Shown one piece after another: positions 18,661 through 26,453 of a stretch of 64,000 nt of DNA. Both the position numbers and the translations under genes were made by a program. Positions within the stretch are counted from its first letter, which is position 1, and every line of letters begins with the position of its first letter. The DNA lies in IMG/VR virus record IMGVR_UViG_3300042691_041259, positions 64,001 to 128,000 of that record; one strand, given 5' to 3'. Source of the stretch: a virus (Duplodnaviria; Caudoviricetes). The notes below the pieces were generated by a model that had not been told where the DNA came from, ran no database searches, and worked only from the letters and a program-made list of their open reading frames with translations.

Positions 18661-20517
18661 TTATACGATTTCGCAGGCCCCACCAGCGCATGCAGCTTCT
18701 CCTTTCAGATCGGTTGCATCTTCAATTTCGATTACTTTAGTGAGGTCTACATTATGTAAATTTTGGTACAGCTCATTAAATTGTTCTTCGGTGATATTTT
18801 CAAACGGAGCCTGAACATAGGTACCACCGTCATACGGAAGTACTGATAGTCCATTGTAGTATTTGCGGTTCTTCCACATCCATTCGCCAACAGTTGCCCA
18901 CTCGTCTTCTTTGATAGAAACTGTAGCAGATACGTTATGACTATTGTAACCACTTTTGTGACCGGGCTTAATCCATTCGCTGCTGAATTTCTTTACACGG
19001 TTGAGAAGATCCAAAGCAGACTCAGTACGAAGGATAGCACCTTTAGGAGCTCTTTGTGGAATTTCAATTACCGCTGTAGTATGAGGAGAGAAGAACTCGT
19101 CCTTTACCAGTTCTGGATGATTTTCAGCCAGGTAGTTGTAAATTGCCTCGTTCTTTCCTACGCGTACTCGGCGGATGTAGAAGTCGTTATGCCAAGCGTG
19201 AATACCAGATGATGAACCTACAACAAGAGAAGTAGTTCCGCTAGGCTTAACAGTGGTGGTACGAGCTGCAGGATTGATTCCAATAACAGCAGCCACTCTT
19301 TCATTCTCAGCACGAACCGCTTTTGAAGCAGCTGTGAGATCGTAATTAAGGACTGCGCCCGAACCAATGCCGGTCATGCCAACACCTACCAGTGCATCTT
19401 TCTCAGTAGTACGCTTCCAAACTGGACGGAGGTAGTGAAAGTCTGTGTAGCCAGCTTGGAGCGTTCCAATAAACGCTGCAGCTTTAGCACGTTCTACCAA
19501 GTCTTCTTGGCTTTCCACATCGCTAACATTCATTTCTGTAAGATTGCAAAACTGGAAAGGACGCAGAGCAATTTCACAGCATGGATTGGTTCCCCAATCT
19601 TTGTCGTTTGAGAAGTATAAACCAGGTTCACCTGATCCCGATGCTTCAATTTTCTTCCAAATATCTTGAAACTCTTCCTCGGTGATACGATTACGAATGA
19701 TTACTGCGCTATTGTTTGAGCGACCGCGCTGTGGGTTAAGTTCCCACCAGTTGCCAAACTTGCAAGTAAGCATTTCATCGTCATCAAAAGAGAACAGAGA
19801 AATCAAGGCAGCACGACGGATACCACCGGCAAGTACCGCATCAGCAATATGGCAAACAATATCGTGAACCTCAATAGGAGAAAGCTTGTCGCCATTTTCC
19901 TTACGGTCCAGGATAAGTTCCAAATTACTTAGGCAGCGCTTAAGTGGCTCAGGTCCAGGAGCCTTACCACCGGATGTTACAAGACGAGCACCCTTTGGAC
20001 GAACATCGCTAAAATCAAAGACTGGCTTATAGCCTCCATGAAAATACGACTTCATCAAAAACTTCACGGCATCAGCCCATCCTTCAATACTGTCGCCTAC
20101 AAGGAAACGGCGGTTTTTCTTGGGTTTGATGATTTCAGGAAGTTTTTCTACGTGATGGGATTGAACAGAATAGCCAACACCTGTTCCTCCTAATAATAGG
20201 AACATCACTTCGCCAAACGCTCTCCAGTCGTCAACTGGAAGGTAGGCACAATTAAAAATACGGTTCGGTGAAATTTCGATAGGTTTTCCACCAAATTGCA
20301 TACTTCTCATAGAAGGCAGAACCTTCTTGGTCTTTACAAAATTCTCGTAAACGTTTTCAATTTCGTCGGATAAGGCAGGGTACTTCTTCTTATGCATTTC
20401 TTTGTTGCGGTCAGAAATTTCTTCCCATGTTTCTCTGCGTTGTTTGTCCTCTTGGTACTTCGAGTACTTCATAAAGACTGTGATATCACTGAGGATATCA
20501 ATGGATTTGTCCTTCAT
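18661..20517 (-). CDS. nrdJ: Class II (adenosylcobalamin-dependent) ribonucleotide reductase, monomeric type
   Basis: VLPSMRSMQFGG, NCAY, GTGVGYS, GGIRRAA, TNPCCEI, FCNLTE, TVKPSGT, C-terminal CAGGAC; no NrdB small subunit nearby. Confidence 0.88.
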   Translation of the reverse strand: MKDKSIDILSDITVFMKYSKYQEDKQRRETWEEISDRNKEMHKKKYPALSDEIENVYENFVKTKKVLPSMRSMQFGGKPIEISPNRIFNCAYLPVDDWRAFGEVMFLLLGGTGVGYSVQSHHVEKLPEIIKPKKNRRFLVGDSIEGWADAVKFLMKSYFHGGYKPVFDFSDVRPKGARLVTSGGKAPGPEPLKRCLSNLELILDRKENGDKLSPIEVHDIVCHIADAVLAGGIRRAALISLFSFDDDEMLTCKFGNWWELNPQRGRSNNSAVIIRNRITEEEFQDIWKKIEASGSGEPGLYFSNDKDWGTNPCCEIALRPFQFCNLTEMNVSDVESQEDLVERAKAAAFIGTLQAGYTDFHYLRPVWKRTTEKDALVGVGMTGIGSGAVLNYDLTAASKAVRAENERVAAVIGINPAARTTTVKPSGTTSLVVGSSSGIHAWHNDFYIRRVRVGKNEAIYNYLAENHPELVKDEFFSPHTTAVIEIPQRAPKGAILRTESALDLLNRVKKFSSEWIKPGHKSGYNSHNVSATVSIKEDEWATVGEWMWKNRKYYNGLSVLPYDGGTYVQAPFENITEEQFNELYQNLHNVDLTKVIEIEDATDLKGEAACAGGACEIV

Positions 20518-20566
20518 TGTTGTTGGCTATTGTAATTTTTTTGATTGTTGAGGGTCCTTGAGGGGT

Positions 20567-21946
20567 TCAAACTATATATTTTTTCAATTCCTCAATCTCC
20601 TGTTCTATTTCCTGAGCGGTCTTCTTGGCCGCCTTTCTTTTTCCATAGTATTCAACCAGGATACTTTTGAATACCGATTCTTCATCTCGCGTAAAGATTG
20701 CGCCTGACGCTGTTTTAATGTACTTTTCCAGATCCACTTCTTCGCCAGGTGCCACGTTCTTTACGTAACTTTCCGGAGAGATATTCCACTGCCTCATTAC
20801 CGTCGGGTACAGAGAAGCGAAGTCAAAGGAGGTAACCCACTGATAGAGTCCGGTCTTGGGCTCGTGCACAAAAGCACCTTCATAAGCCTCGCGCTTTTTC
20901 TTGGAAGTATCCGCCTTTGGAAATACTCGATTTCTTCGGCAGTTTTCTCGAGCCATTGCAGCTTCCGCCATCCAGATTGGAGAATACGCTCGAGTGGCTT
21001 CCACCTTGGAAATGTTTCCTAGTTTGAGGAACGCCATCATGGTGTTCAGCTTACGGTCAATCATCTGTACAAGCTTGGCATCCACCGCATTATAGAAAAC
21101 GTATTGGTCAAAGTCAGATTCGTAAAGCTCTTGAAGAGTACCCGAGTACTTTACCTTTTGTACGCCTAATGCAGCTTTGGCTACCCAGTCCAGTGTATTG
21201 TTTTCTTTTACATCAATACTTCTATCCCACTTCTTATATACATCCAAATAATCCACTACCAATCGGTGCTGTGGAAGTTCATCTTGTCCTACAAGCTTTC
21301 GAGAAGGAGAAGCGGCAGAAGGATCAATATTGAGACGTTTGCAGCGGTTAATCAAATAAGTCCAGTCAAAACCTATGAAGTTCCAACCAGTGATTACCGG
21401 CATTTTTTGAATTGCCTTGTAAAAGAATGTGTATAACATATCATACTCAGACTTAAAGTACAAGTAACTAAAGTCAACTTCCTCTTTCAGATATTCATTA
21501 ATGCGCTTTCCAATTGACTCAATCTCCTCGGCTTTGAGAACTTTGGTTCCCATTACAATGATCTTGTTTTCTCGGCAAAAAGCCACTGTGGTTACAGGAA
21601 ACTTGGCAGTCTCTGGCTTAGGCCACTCATCGGTAACTTCTACCTCGATATCCACAAAGAACTTCTTGGGTATGTTGAACTCGTAAATGTCACGAGTCTC
21701 TTCTTCGGGAAGAGACCATAAGTATTCTTCCAACCTCCACTTACTCAAGAATTTTGCTCTTCTTTTTTTCACAGCCTTCCCATCCCAGCTCTTAACGCCC
21801 GGTTCAGCCTGACGATCTCGCTCATCGCAGTATTCCCATTCATACATTTCTGATGACGGAATGAGAAACTTTTTAATGGCAATGTCGCCGTCCTTGTCAA
21901 AAAAGGATATTTGAAGAGTTGAATCTCTTTGTTCGATATCTATCAT
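20567..21946 (-). CDS. Family B DNA polymerase, N-terminal half (3'-5' exonuclease + motif A)
   Basis: ExoI VDIEV, ExoII GWNFIGFD, ExoIII YNAVDA, motif A SFDFASLYP; ends just after YYGKRKAAKK in the fingers. Confidence 0.92.
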   Translation of the reverse strand: MIDIEQRDSTLQISFFDKDGDIAIKKFLIPSSEMYEWEYCDERDRQAEPGVKSWDGKAVKKRRAKFLSKWRLEEYLWSLPEEETRDIYEFNIPKKFFVDIEVEVTDEWPKPETAKFPVTTVAFCRENKIIVMGTKVLKAEEIESIGKRINEYLKEEVDFSYLYFKSEYDMLYTFFYKAIQKMPVITGWNFIGFDWTYLINRCKRLNIDPSAASPSRKLVGQDELPQHRLVVDYLDVYKKWDRSIDVKENNTLDWVAKAALGVQKVKYSGTLQELYESDFDQYVFYNAVDAKLVQMIDRKLNTMMAFLKLGNISKVEATRAYSPIWMAEAAMARENCRRNRVFPKADTSKKKREAYEGAFVHEPKTGLYQWVTSFDFASLYPTVMRQWNISPESYVKNVAPGEEVDLEKYIKTASGAIFTRDEESVFKSILVEYYGKRKAAKKTAQEIEQEIEELKKYIV

Positions 21947-22434
21947 GCATTTCCAGTTGAGCCAAACCCGCCTGCGCCACGGTCTGTTGTTTCTGTATAG
22001 AGTTCTTCCATCGGAACTTCCAATGTGCTTGCGTAATTGATAGGAATAAGCAAGAATTGAACCAGCTTTTCTCCCGGTGTAATTGTTACCGTTCCTGTAT
22101 CATTTACGTAGTTTCCATCTGTAAAGTATTCCTTGTTTTCATTGGTATTGATCATATTGATATGAACCTCACCTTGGTAGTCTTCATCAACTACGCATGC
22201 GCCTACAATCAATCCAGTTTTAGAGGCCACGCCGCTCTTATTGAAAGCAATTAGGGCATGCCCTGCTGGTATGTTGACCTTAATCCCACTTGGAATCAAG
22301 ATCCGATCTCCTGGTAAGACTACTCGAGGCTGCCCATTGTTCCAGTCGTTAGGAACAAAAAAGTCCACTCCCGCGGACTGAGCAGTTCCTCGAGACGGAG
22401 ATTTCACGTCTCGAAGTTTGCTGTACTTAATCAT
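21943..22434 (-). CDS. dut: Trimeric dUTPase
   Basis: SAGVDF, KSGVAS, VVDEDYQGE, LVQFL, RGAGGFGSTG. Start moved to MIKYSKLR (22434), downstream of the bipartite promoter at 22459-22485. Confidence 0.93.
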   Translation of the reverse strand: MIKYSKLRDVKSPSRGTAQSAGVDFFVPNDWNNGQPRVVLPGDRILIPSGIKVNIPAGHALIAFNKSGVASKTGLIVGACVVDEDYQGEVHINMINTNENKEYFTDGNYVNDTGTVTITPGEKLVQFLLIPINYASTLEVPMEELYTETTDRGAGGFGSTGNA

Positions 22435-22582
22435 GTATATGTTTTTTGAATTTGATTTTATATTCACGGCCGTTACCAGGTTTTCCAAATTGTATAATAT
22501 GTTTATCAAAACTTTTTGCCAAAGGTGTATAAAATAGTTATCAGAACGGTTAGGAGTAAGACTATCTAGCTAGGCACTGAGC

Positions 22583-22645
22583 TATGTCAATTAGACACTT
22601 CATTATGTCAATTAGTCATAAAAAGAGCACTGGCACACTTTTGAT
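22583..22645 (+). promoter_or_regulatory. Direct-repeat operator-like pair plus sigma54-like TGGCAC box upstream of hsp20
   Basis: TATGTCAATTAG at 22583-22594 and 22604-22615 (21-bp period); CTGGCACACTTTTGAT at 22630-22645. Confidence 0.45.
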
Positions 22646-22676
22646 AGATTATTAGGAAAAAACAAAATATAAAACT

Positions 22677-23036
22677 ATGCACAGAGCAACATCAATCTTT
22701 AATGCCGTTGATGACATGTTTGAGTTCGTCAACCACAATTCATCAACCTACTCAAAGACCGACCTTCGTCAAGACGAGAACGGTTACGCCATCGATATTC
22801 TCCTTCCTGGGTTCTCCAAAGAAGAAGTGACAGTGCGCACTGAAGGTAAAAACCTTATTGTAGAGGCAAGCACTGAGAGAAAGCTACCTAAGTTTCTCAA
22901 CAGCAGCATGAAGAAGACGTTCCAGGTAGATAACTTGGATTCTGAATCTGTCACTGCAAAACTTGAAAATGGCGTACTAACTATTGAATTCTCTACCGAG
23001 GCGAAGAAAAATGCTCGGAGCATCAGTATTCTGTAA
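22677..23036 (+). CDS. Small heat-shock protein (Hsp20/alpha-crystallin)
   Basis: IDILLPGFSKEEVTV and AKLENGVLTI motifs; the only credible plus-strand gene in the window. Confidence 0.9.
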   Translation: MHRATSIFNAVDDMFEFVNHNSSTYSKTDLRQDENGYAIDILLPGFSKEEVTVRTEGKNLIVEASTERKLPKFLNSSMKKTFQVDNLDSESVTAKLENGVLTIEFSTEAKKNARSISIL

Positions 23037-23052
23037 GAGACTGGTGTAAAAG

Positions 23053-23079
23053 AAAAAAGCGGTCTAATGGCCGCTTTTT
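23053..23079. terminator. Bidirectional terminator between convergent genes
   Basis: AAAAAAGCGGTC-taat-GGCCGCTTTTT hairpin with A/T tracts on both sides. Confidence 0.75.
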
Positions 23080-23314
23080 ATTTGTCTTTCTTTCCAAAAA
23101 GCTCATGATACTTCTTGGTGTGTTTAGATGTCTTTAATTGCTTCTTACCTTTAGTATCTCCAGGAAGCTCTTTGTAAGCATTAGGATCATCGTCATCAGC
23201 GGCAGCTTGATCCGCCATCTGATCTTTCTTCTTATCTGCAGTGCTTTTGCTAATTCCTTTGTAGTAAGGATGCTCTTCAGCTAAGAAGCTTTCGTATGTC
23301 TTTACGTGTTTCAT
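23078..23314 (-). CDS. Small protein with CTS-like leader (MKHVKTYESFLAE)
   Basis: 78 aa; YYKGISKST...DDDDPNAYKELPGD...SKHTKKY module recalled from T4-like internal-head-type proteins. Confidence 0.7.
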   Translation of the reverse strand: MKHVKTYESFLAEEHPYYKGISKSTADKKKDQMADQAAADDDDPNAYKELPGDTKGKKQLKTSKHTKKYHELFGKKDK

Positions 23315-23316
23315 CT

Positions 23317-23577
23317 TTATTTATGGAGCTTTTCAAAATAGTCTATTAGGCCTTCAATAGCCTTTTCCTTGGTCTTGAATATGTCGTCGGCCTCGGTCAT
23401 GCCTGTTCCCGACTTATTTTCTCGGTGCCAAGTCCATCCACCCAGATGAGTATCTTTGTATATCTCAACTTTATGACCTTTGTAAGTTCCTTCGTAATAA
23501 CCAGTAGTAATCTTACGAAGTTTTAGATCAGAAGCGGATTCATTAACAAAACTTTCAAATGTGCGGACGTGTTTCAT
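23317..23577 (-). CDS. Small protein with CTS-like leader (MKHVRTFESFVNE)
   Basis: 86 aa; leader motif. Confidence 0.7.
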   Translation of the reverse strand: MKHVRTFESFVNESASDLKLRKITTGYYEGTYKGHKVEIYKDTHLGGWTWHRENKSGTGMTEADDIFKTKEKAIEGLIDYFEKLHK

Positions 23578-23583
23578 TTCTTA

Positions 23584-23907
23584 CTATCCTTTTACTTCAT
23601 CGGCCAAGTCTTTATCAGCCTTGCCCCATGTACCTTTGCCTTTAGTAAGGAAGCTGTTAACACGAGCATATGCCCACTGTTCTTGCCCAGCTCCTGGACG
23701 GTGCCCACTCTTCCATGCAGCCATACCACGACGAAAAACCGCGCGAATGATTCCAATAGGAACGCCAGTCTCTTCAGCTTTTTTCTTTAGACCAGTTTCT
23801 ACAGCATCGTTGTCAATAGGACTACGGTCTGTGGATTTCTGTTCGCTGTCATCAGCTTCCCAGATCTTTTCCCACTCAAAACTTTCAAATGCGCTTATAT
23901 GTTTCAT
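23584..23907 (-). CDS. DUF5824-like protein with CTS-like leader
   Basis: LKKKAEETGVPIGIIRAVFRRGMAAWKSGHRPGAGQEQWAYARVNSFL; leader MKHISAFESFEWE. Confidence 0.75.
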   Translation of the reverse strand: MKHISAFESFEWEKIWEADDSEQKSTDRSPIDNDAVETGLKKKAEETGVPIGIIRAVFRRGMAAWKSGHRPGAGQEQWAYARVNSFLTKGKGTWGKADKDLADEVKG

Positions 23908-23912
23908 ACCTT

Positions 23913-24251
23913 TTACTTTTTTACGTAAATCGCTCCAATGATACCGCCTTTTCCGAAAACTTTGGCCTTGATTACTTTTTTATCTGGTGATAATCTAGCC
24001 TCACCCTGATATGATTGCGATCTCCAAATAACTTCCCATTTTTCCGTATCAGACGCATACTTCTTTATCATTTTGTCATATTCGCCCTTTGGAGCTTTAT
24101 CGTCAAACATGATGTATGCATCGTAGTCTTTACCCAGGACCTTATCAACGACATTTTTTCTCATTTCGTCATCGGTAAAATTGGAGTTGCCGCCAAGAAA
24201 CGCGTAATGCGATTCGGCAATAAAACTTTCAAAATTGTGTACGTGTTTCAT
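23913..24251 (-). CDS. Protein with CTS-like leader (MKHVHNFESFIAE)
   Basis: True start at M41 of the tracked ORF; ATGA overlap with the upstream stop. Confidence 0.7.
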   Translation of the reverse strand: MKHVHNFESFIAESHYAFLGGNSNFTDDEMRKNVVDKVLGKDYDAYIMFDDKAPKGEYDKMIKKYASDTEKWEVIWRSQSYQGEARLSPDKKVIKAKVFGKGGIIGAIYVKK

Positions 24252-24451
24252 TCTTCTACTTGTTTTTCTACCAGCTCCATTTCTGGACTGAGTTCTGTTA
24301 GTCGATGATTGGTGGTGGCTCCTCGGTAGTCTTTTACTTTGGCGTACACCACGTTGTTTTCCGTAACCCAAAAGCCTACAACCTTTCCAGTCTTTCCTCC
24401 GACTTTTACTGTTGCGTTTTTGAGTTCTCGAGCATCTCTCATTTTTTCCAA
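24248..24451 (-). CDS. Small hypothetical protein (SH3/KOW-like beta pattern)
   Basis: VKVGGKTGKVVGFWV; fills the gap with a coupled stop/start. Confidence 0.5.
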   Translation of the reverse strand: MEKMRDARELKNATVKVGGKTGKVVGFWVTENNVVYAKVKDYRGATTNHRLTELSPEMELVEKQVEE

Positions 24452-24456
24452 TCTTT

Positions 24457-25059
24457 TTAGGATAGGTAGCCTGAGATAAATTTAGAGTCTTCTACCAAGG
24501 AATCAAAAGTGTTTTCTACGTTCTCATCAATATCACTGATATTGTAACATACAATGAAACCAATGAGTTTCTTCTTAATGCAAAAAATTGGAACTGTTAC
24601 AAATTGCTGAATTCCAAGTCGATCCATTTCCTGGCGGTCTTTCATTTCAAGGTCTTCACTTAGTGTTGAGAAGCATTCCTTTTTAAGCATTGTAGAAATC
24701 CAGCGTGGGTATTCTGATGCCAAAATGTTCTGATGATCCCGTTTAGTCTTTTCATAGCCAGGCGCCACAGACTCATAGGTCATAGAGAATTTTTTCATGC
24801 TTCTTCCTTGAAAATACTTTCCACCGTTGTGGAACTGGAAAATTGAGGCCCGGTCAAATTGGTGTTTTTCTCTCAGTCCGTCCAGCCATTCTTGAACCTG
24901 AATCATTTCTTCAATGTCAGACTCCTCAATGTTTTCCTCTTTTTCTTTTGCATTTTTCGCTTTCCTATTGTCATAGTTATTCTTTACCATAACCGTGATT
25001 AGTGCAGCAACTATTGATCCTGCAGCTGTAATGACAGCCTTTAATAATTCCGTGTCCAT
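24457..25059 (-). CDS. Membrane-anchored GAF-like protein, possible T4 T-type holin
   Basis: One N-terminal TM helix (AVITAAGSIVAALITVMV) followed by a GAF-like pattern (DRASIFQFHNG...FVTVPIFCIKKKLIGFIVCY). Confidence 0.5.
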   Translation of the reverse strand: MDTELLKAVITAAGSIVAALITVMVKNNYDNRKAKNAKEKEENIEESDIEEMIQVQEWLDGLREKHQFDRASIFQFHNGGKYFQGRSMKKFSMTYESVAPGYEKTKRDHQNILASEYPRWISTMLKKECFSTLSEDLEMKDRQEMDRLGIQQFVTVPIFCIKKKLIGFIVCYNISDIDENVENTFDSLVEDSKFISGYLS

Positions 25060-25062
25060 CTG

Positions 25063-25200
25063 TTACCTCCCCTGGCCTACGTAAGCCTTTTTGTAATTTT
25101 TTGAGTTTTTGTTTTTACTATCTTTCTTTGAGTGCCTTCCGAGTTTCTTCTTTACTTTTTCTGTGAAATTTTTGCCTGGTTCATTTTTTGATTTTGCCAT
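25063..25200 (-). CDS. Small Lys-rich protein, 45 aa, ending YVGQGR (not in the ORF track)
   Basis: Manual translation MAKSKNEPGKNFTEKVKKKLGRHSKKDSKNKNSKNYKKAYVGQGR*. Confidence 0.7.
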   Translation of the reverse strand: MAKSKNEPGKNFTEKVKKKLGRHSKKDSKNKNSKNYKKAYVGQGR

Positions 25201-25219
25201 CTCTCATCAAATGCTTTTT

Positions 25220-25906
25220 TTACTTGGGCGGAGCAAGATCCAACTCTTTCATCATATCAACTAGTTCGTTGTATCCGATTTCGCGAAAGTCTTTTTCCAA
25301 CCGCTTTCTATCTGTGTGAGGTGATCCTGAGACTACCTCAGATATTTTCTTTTTCAACTTGTCATCTCCGGTGTCAAATGCGGAAAGAATTCTTTGCACA
25401 TTTACATCACCTAAAGCCATTTCTTCAATATAGGCTTCATAAAGTTTAACGTGTTTCATCTTTTTCTTCTTTTTCTTTTTTGTTCCGGCACCGAAAGTAT
25501 CTCCGCTTCCAACTTTACCAGAAGCGGCAGGTGTAACGTTTCCCATACCTGGTGTATTTGCTACGCTTGCAGCTGGCGCGCCAAAATCTTCTTCAACCTT
25601 TTTTGACTTTTTACCAGTCACAAAATCCATAAAAGCTTGGACCAGCGGATCTGTTTGATCACGCTTCATTGCCATTGCTTGACCAGCCATCATCTGTGGT
25701 TGAGTATCCCACCAGTAGTAGTATTCTTCCACATGGTTAGGTAGCCCTTCATGTTTTGTAGAAGCAAAGTCCTTCAGCTGTTTTAATGTCATGGAATCCG
25801 CAAGGTCTTTTACCTCATCACTTGCGTCTTTTGGATCCATCTCATCTTTTTTCAAGGCGTATGCCATGGCCATCAATTTTTGCTGGGCTTTGGATGTTGC
25901 TGGCAT
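25220..25906 (-). CDS. DUF3008-like N-terminal module fused to further modules, with an internal CTS-like leader
   Basis: MPATSKAQQKLMAMAY...LKDFASTKHEGLP; internal MKHVKLYEAYIEE starting at 25459. Confidence 0.7.
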   Translation of the reverse strand: MPATSKAQQKLMAMAYALKKDEMDPKDASDEVKDLADSMTLKQLKDFASTKHEGLPNHVEEYYYWWDTQPQMMAGQAMAMKRDQTDPLVQAFMDFVTGKKSKKVEEDFGAPAASVANTPGMGNVTPAASGKVGSGDTFGAGTKKKKKKKMKHVKLYEAYIEEMALGDVNVQRILSAFDTGDDKLKKKISEVVSGSPHTDRKRLEKDFREIGYNELVDMMKELDLAPPK

Positions 25907-25907
25907 A

Positions 25908-26090
25908 TTATTTGCCTCCTAATGTTATGATTGATTGACGAGCATCCTCAATTGCTTGTAAGGTCTGCTTCATATTCTTGTCATCTGCAATTGATGAAGC
26001 CTCATCAAAGCACTTTAAGATTTCTTGAAGCTGCGGAGTTAGCGCCTCTTCAATTGACATTTTTTCTTTGAATTCTCCAAAAGACCTCAT
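25908..26090 (-). CDS. Small protein with short CTS-like leader (MRSFGEF..MSIEE)
   Basis: 60 aa; tight coupling to neighbours. Confidence 0.55.
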   Translation of the reverse strand: MRSFGEFKEKMSIEEALTPQLQEILKCFDEASSIADDKNMKQTLQAIEDARQSIITLGGK

Positions 26091-26422
26091 TTCTGTGACG
26101 TTAATTTTTCGTGGATTCTCTTGCCTTCTGCAGACAGAGTATAGTACTTGATTCCTTCTTCCTCTTTCAGTTTGAAATACTTGGAATTAGCTTTCAGCCA
26201 ACCAGTATTAGTCTTTCTACCAGTTTCTTCATTCATCATCTTCAGGAACTGTGACATTTCTTCTTCACTCACCTTTCCTTTTTCGTTAACAAGTGAAAGG
26301 ATTCTTTCTCTGACTGGCGCATAGTTGGAAACCACCTTTTGGGGGTGCGACTCCGTGTATTTTCTTTTTACAACTACTATCGCTTCGTTAAGGAATTCGT
26401 TATATGATTTTACATGACTCAT
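26087..26422 (-). CDS. Probable winged-helix protein with CTS-like leader (MSHVKSYNEFLNE)
   Basis: RERILSLVNEKGKVSEEEM...YYTLSAEGKRIHEKL wHTH pattern. Confidence 0.6.
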   Translation of the reverse strand: MSHVKSYNEFLNEAIVVVKRKYTESHPQKVVSNYAPVRERILSLVNEKGKVSEEEMSQFLKMMNEETGRKTNTGWLKANSKYFKLKEEEGIKYYTLSAEGKRIHEKLTSQK

Positions 26423-26453
26423 CAGTCTTTCTGTATTTTTCTATATTTATCTC

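Noticed and set aside
20567-21946. Split intein or frameshift joining the polB halves
   Set aside because: No Cys/Ser-initiated intein block or HN-C terminus at either junction, and the halves are 12.6 kb apart.
22621-22645. CIRCE element upstream of hsp20
   Set aside because: Only a GAGCACT fragment is present; the TTAGCACTC-N9-GAGTGCTAA inverted repeat is absent.
24252-24371. Arg-rich N-terminal extension MGYGKQRGVRQ... on ORF 23913-24371
   Set aside because: It overlaps ORF 24248-24451 in another frame; the leader-bearing ATG at 24251 forms a standard ATGA overlap.
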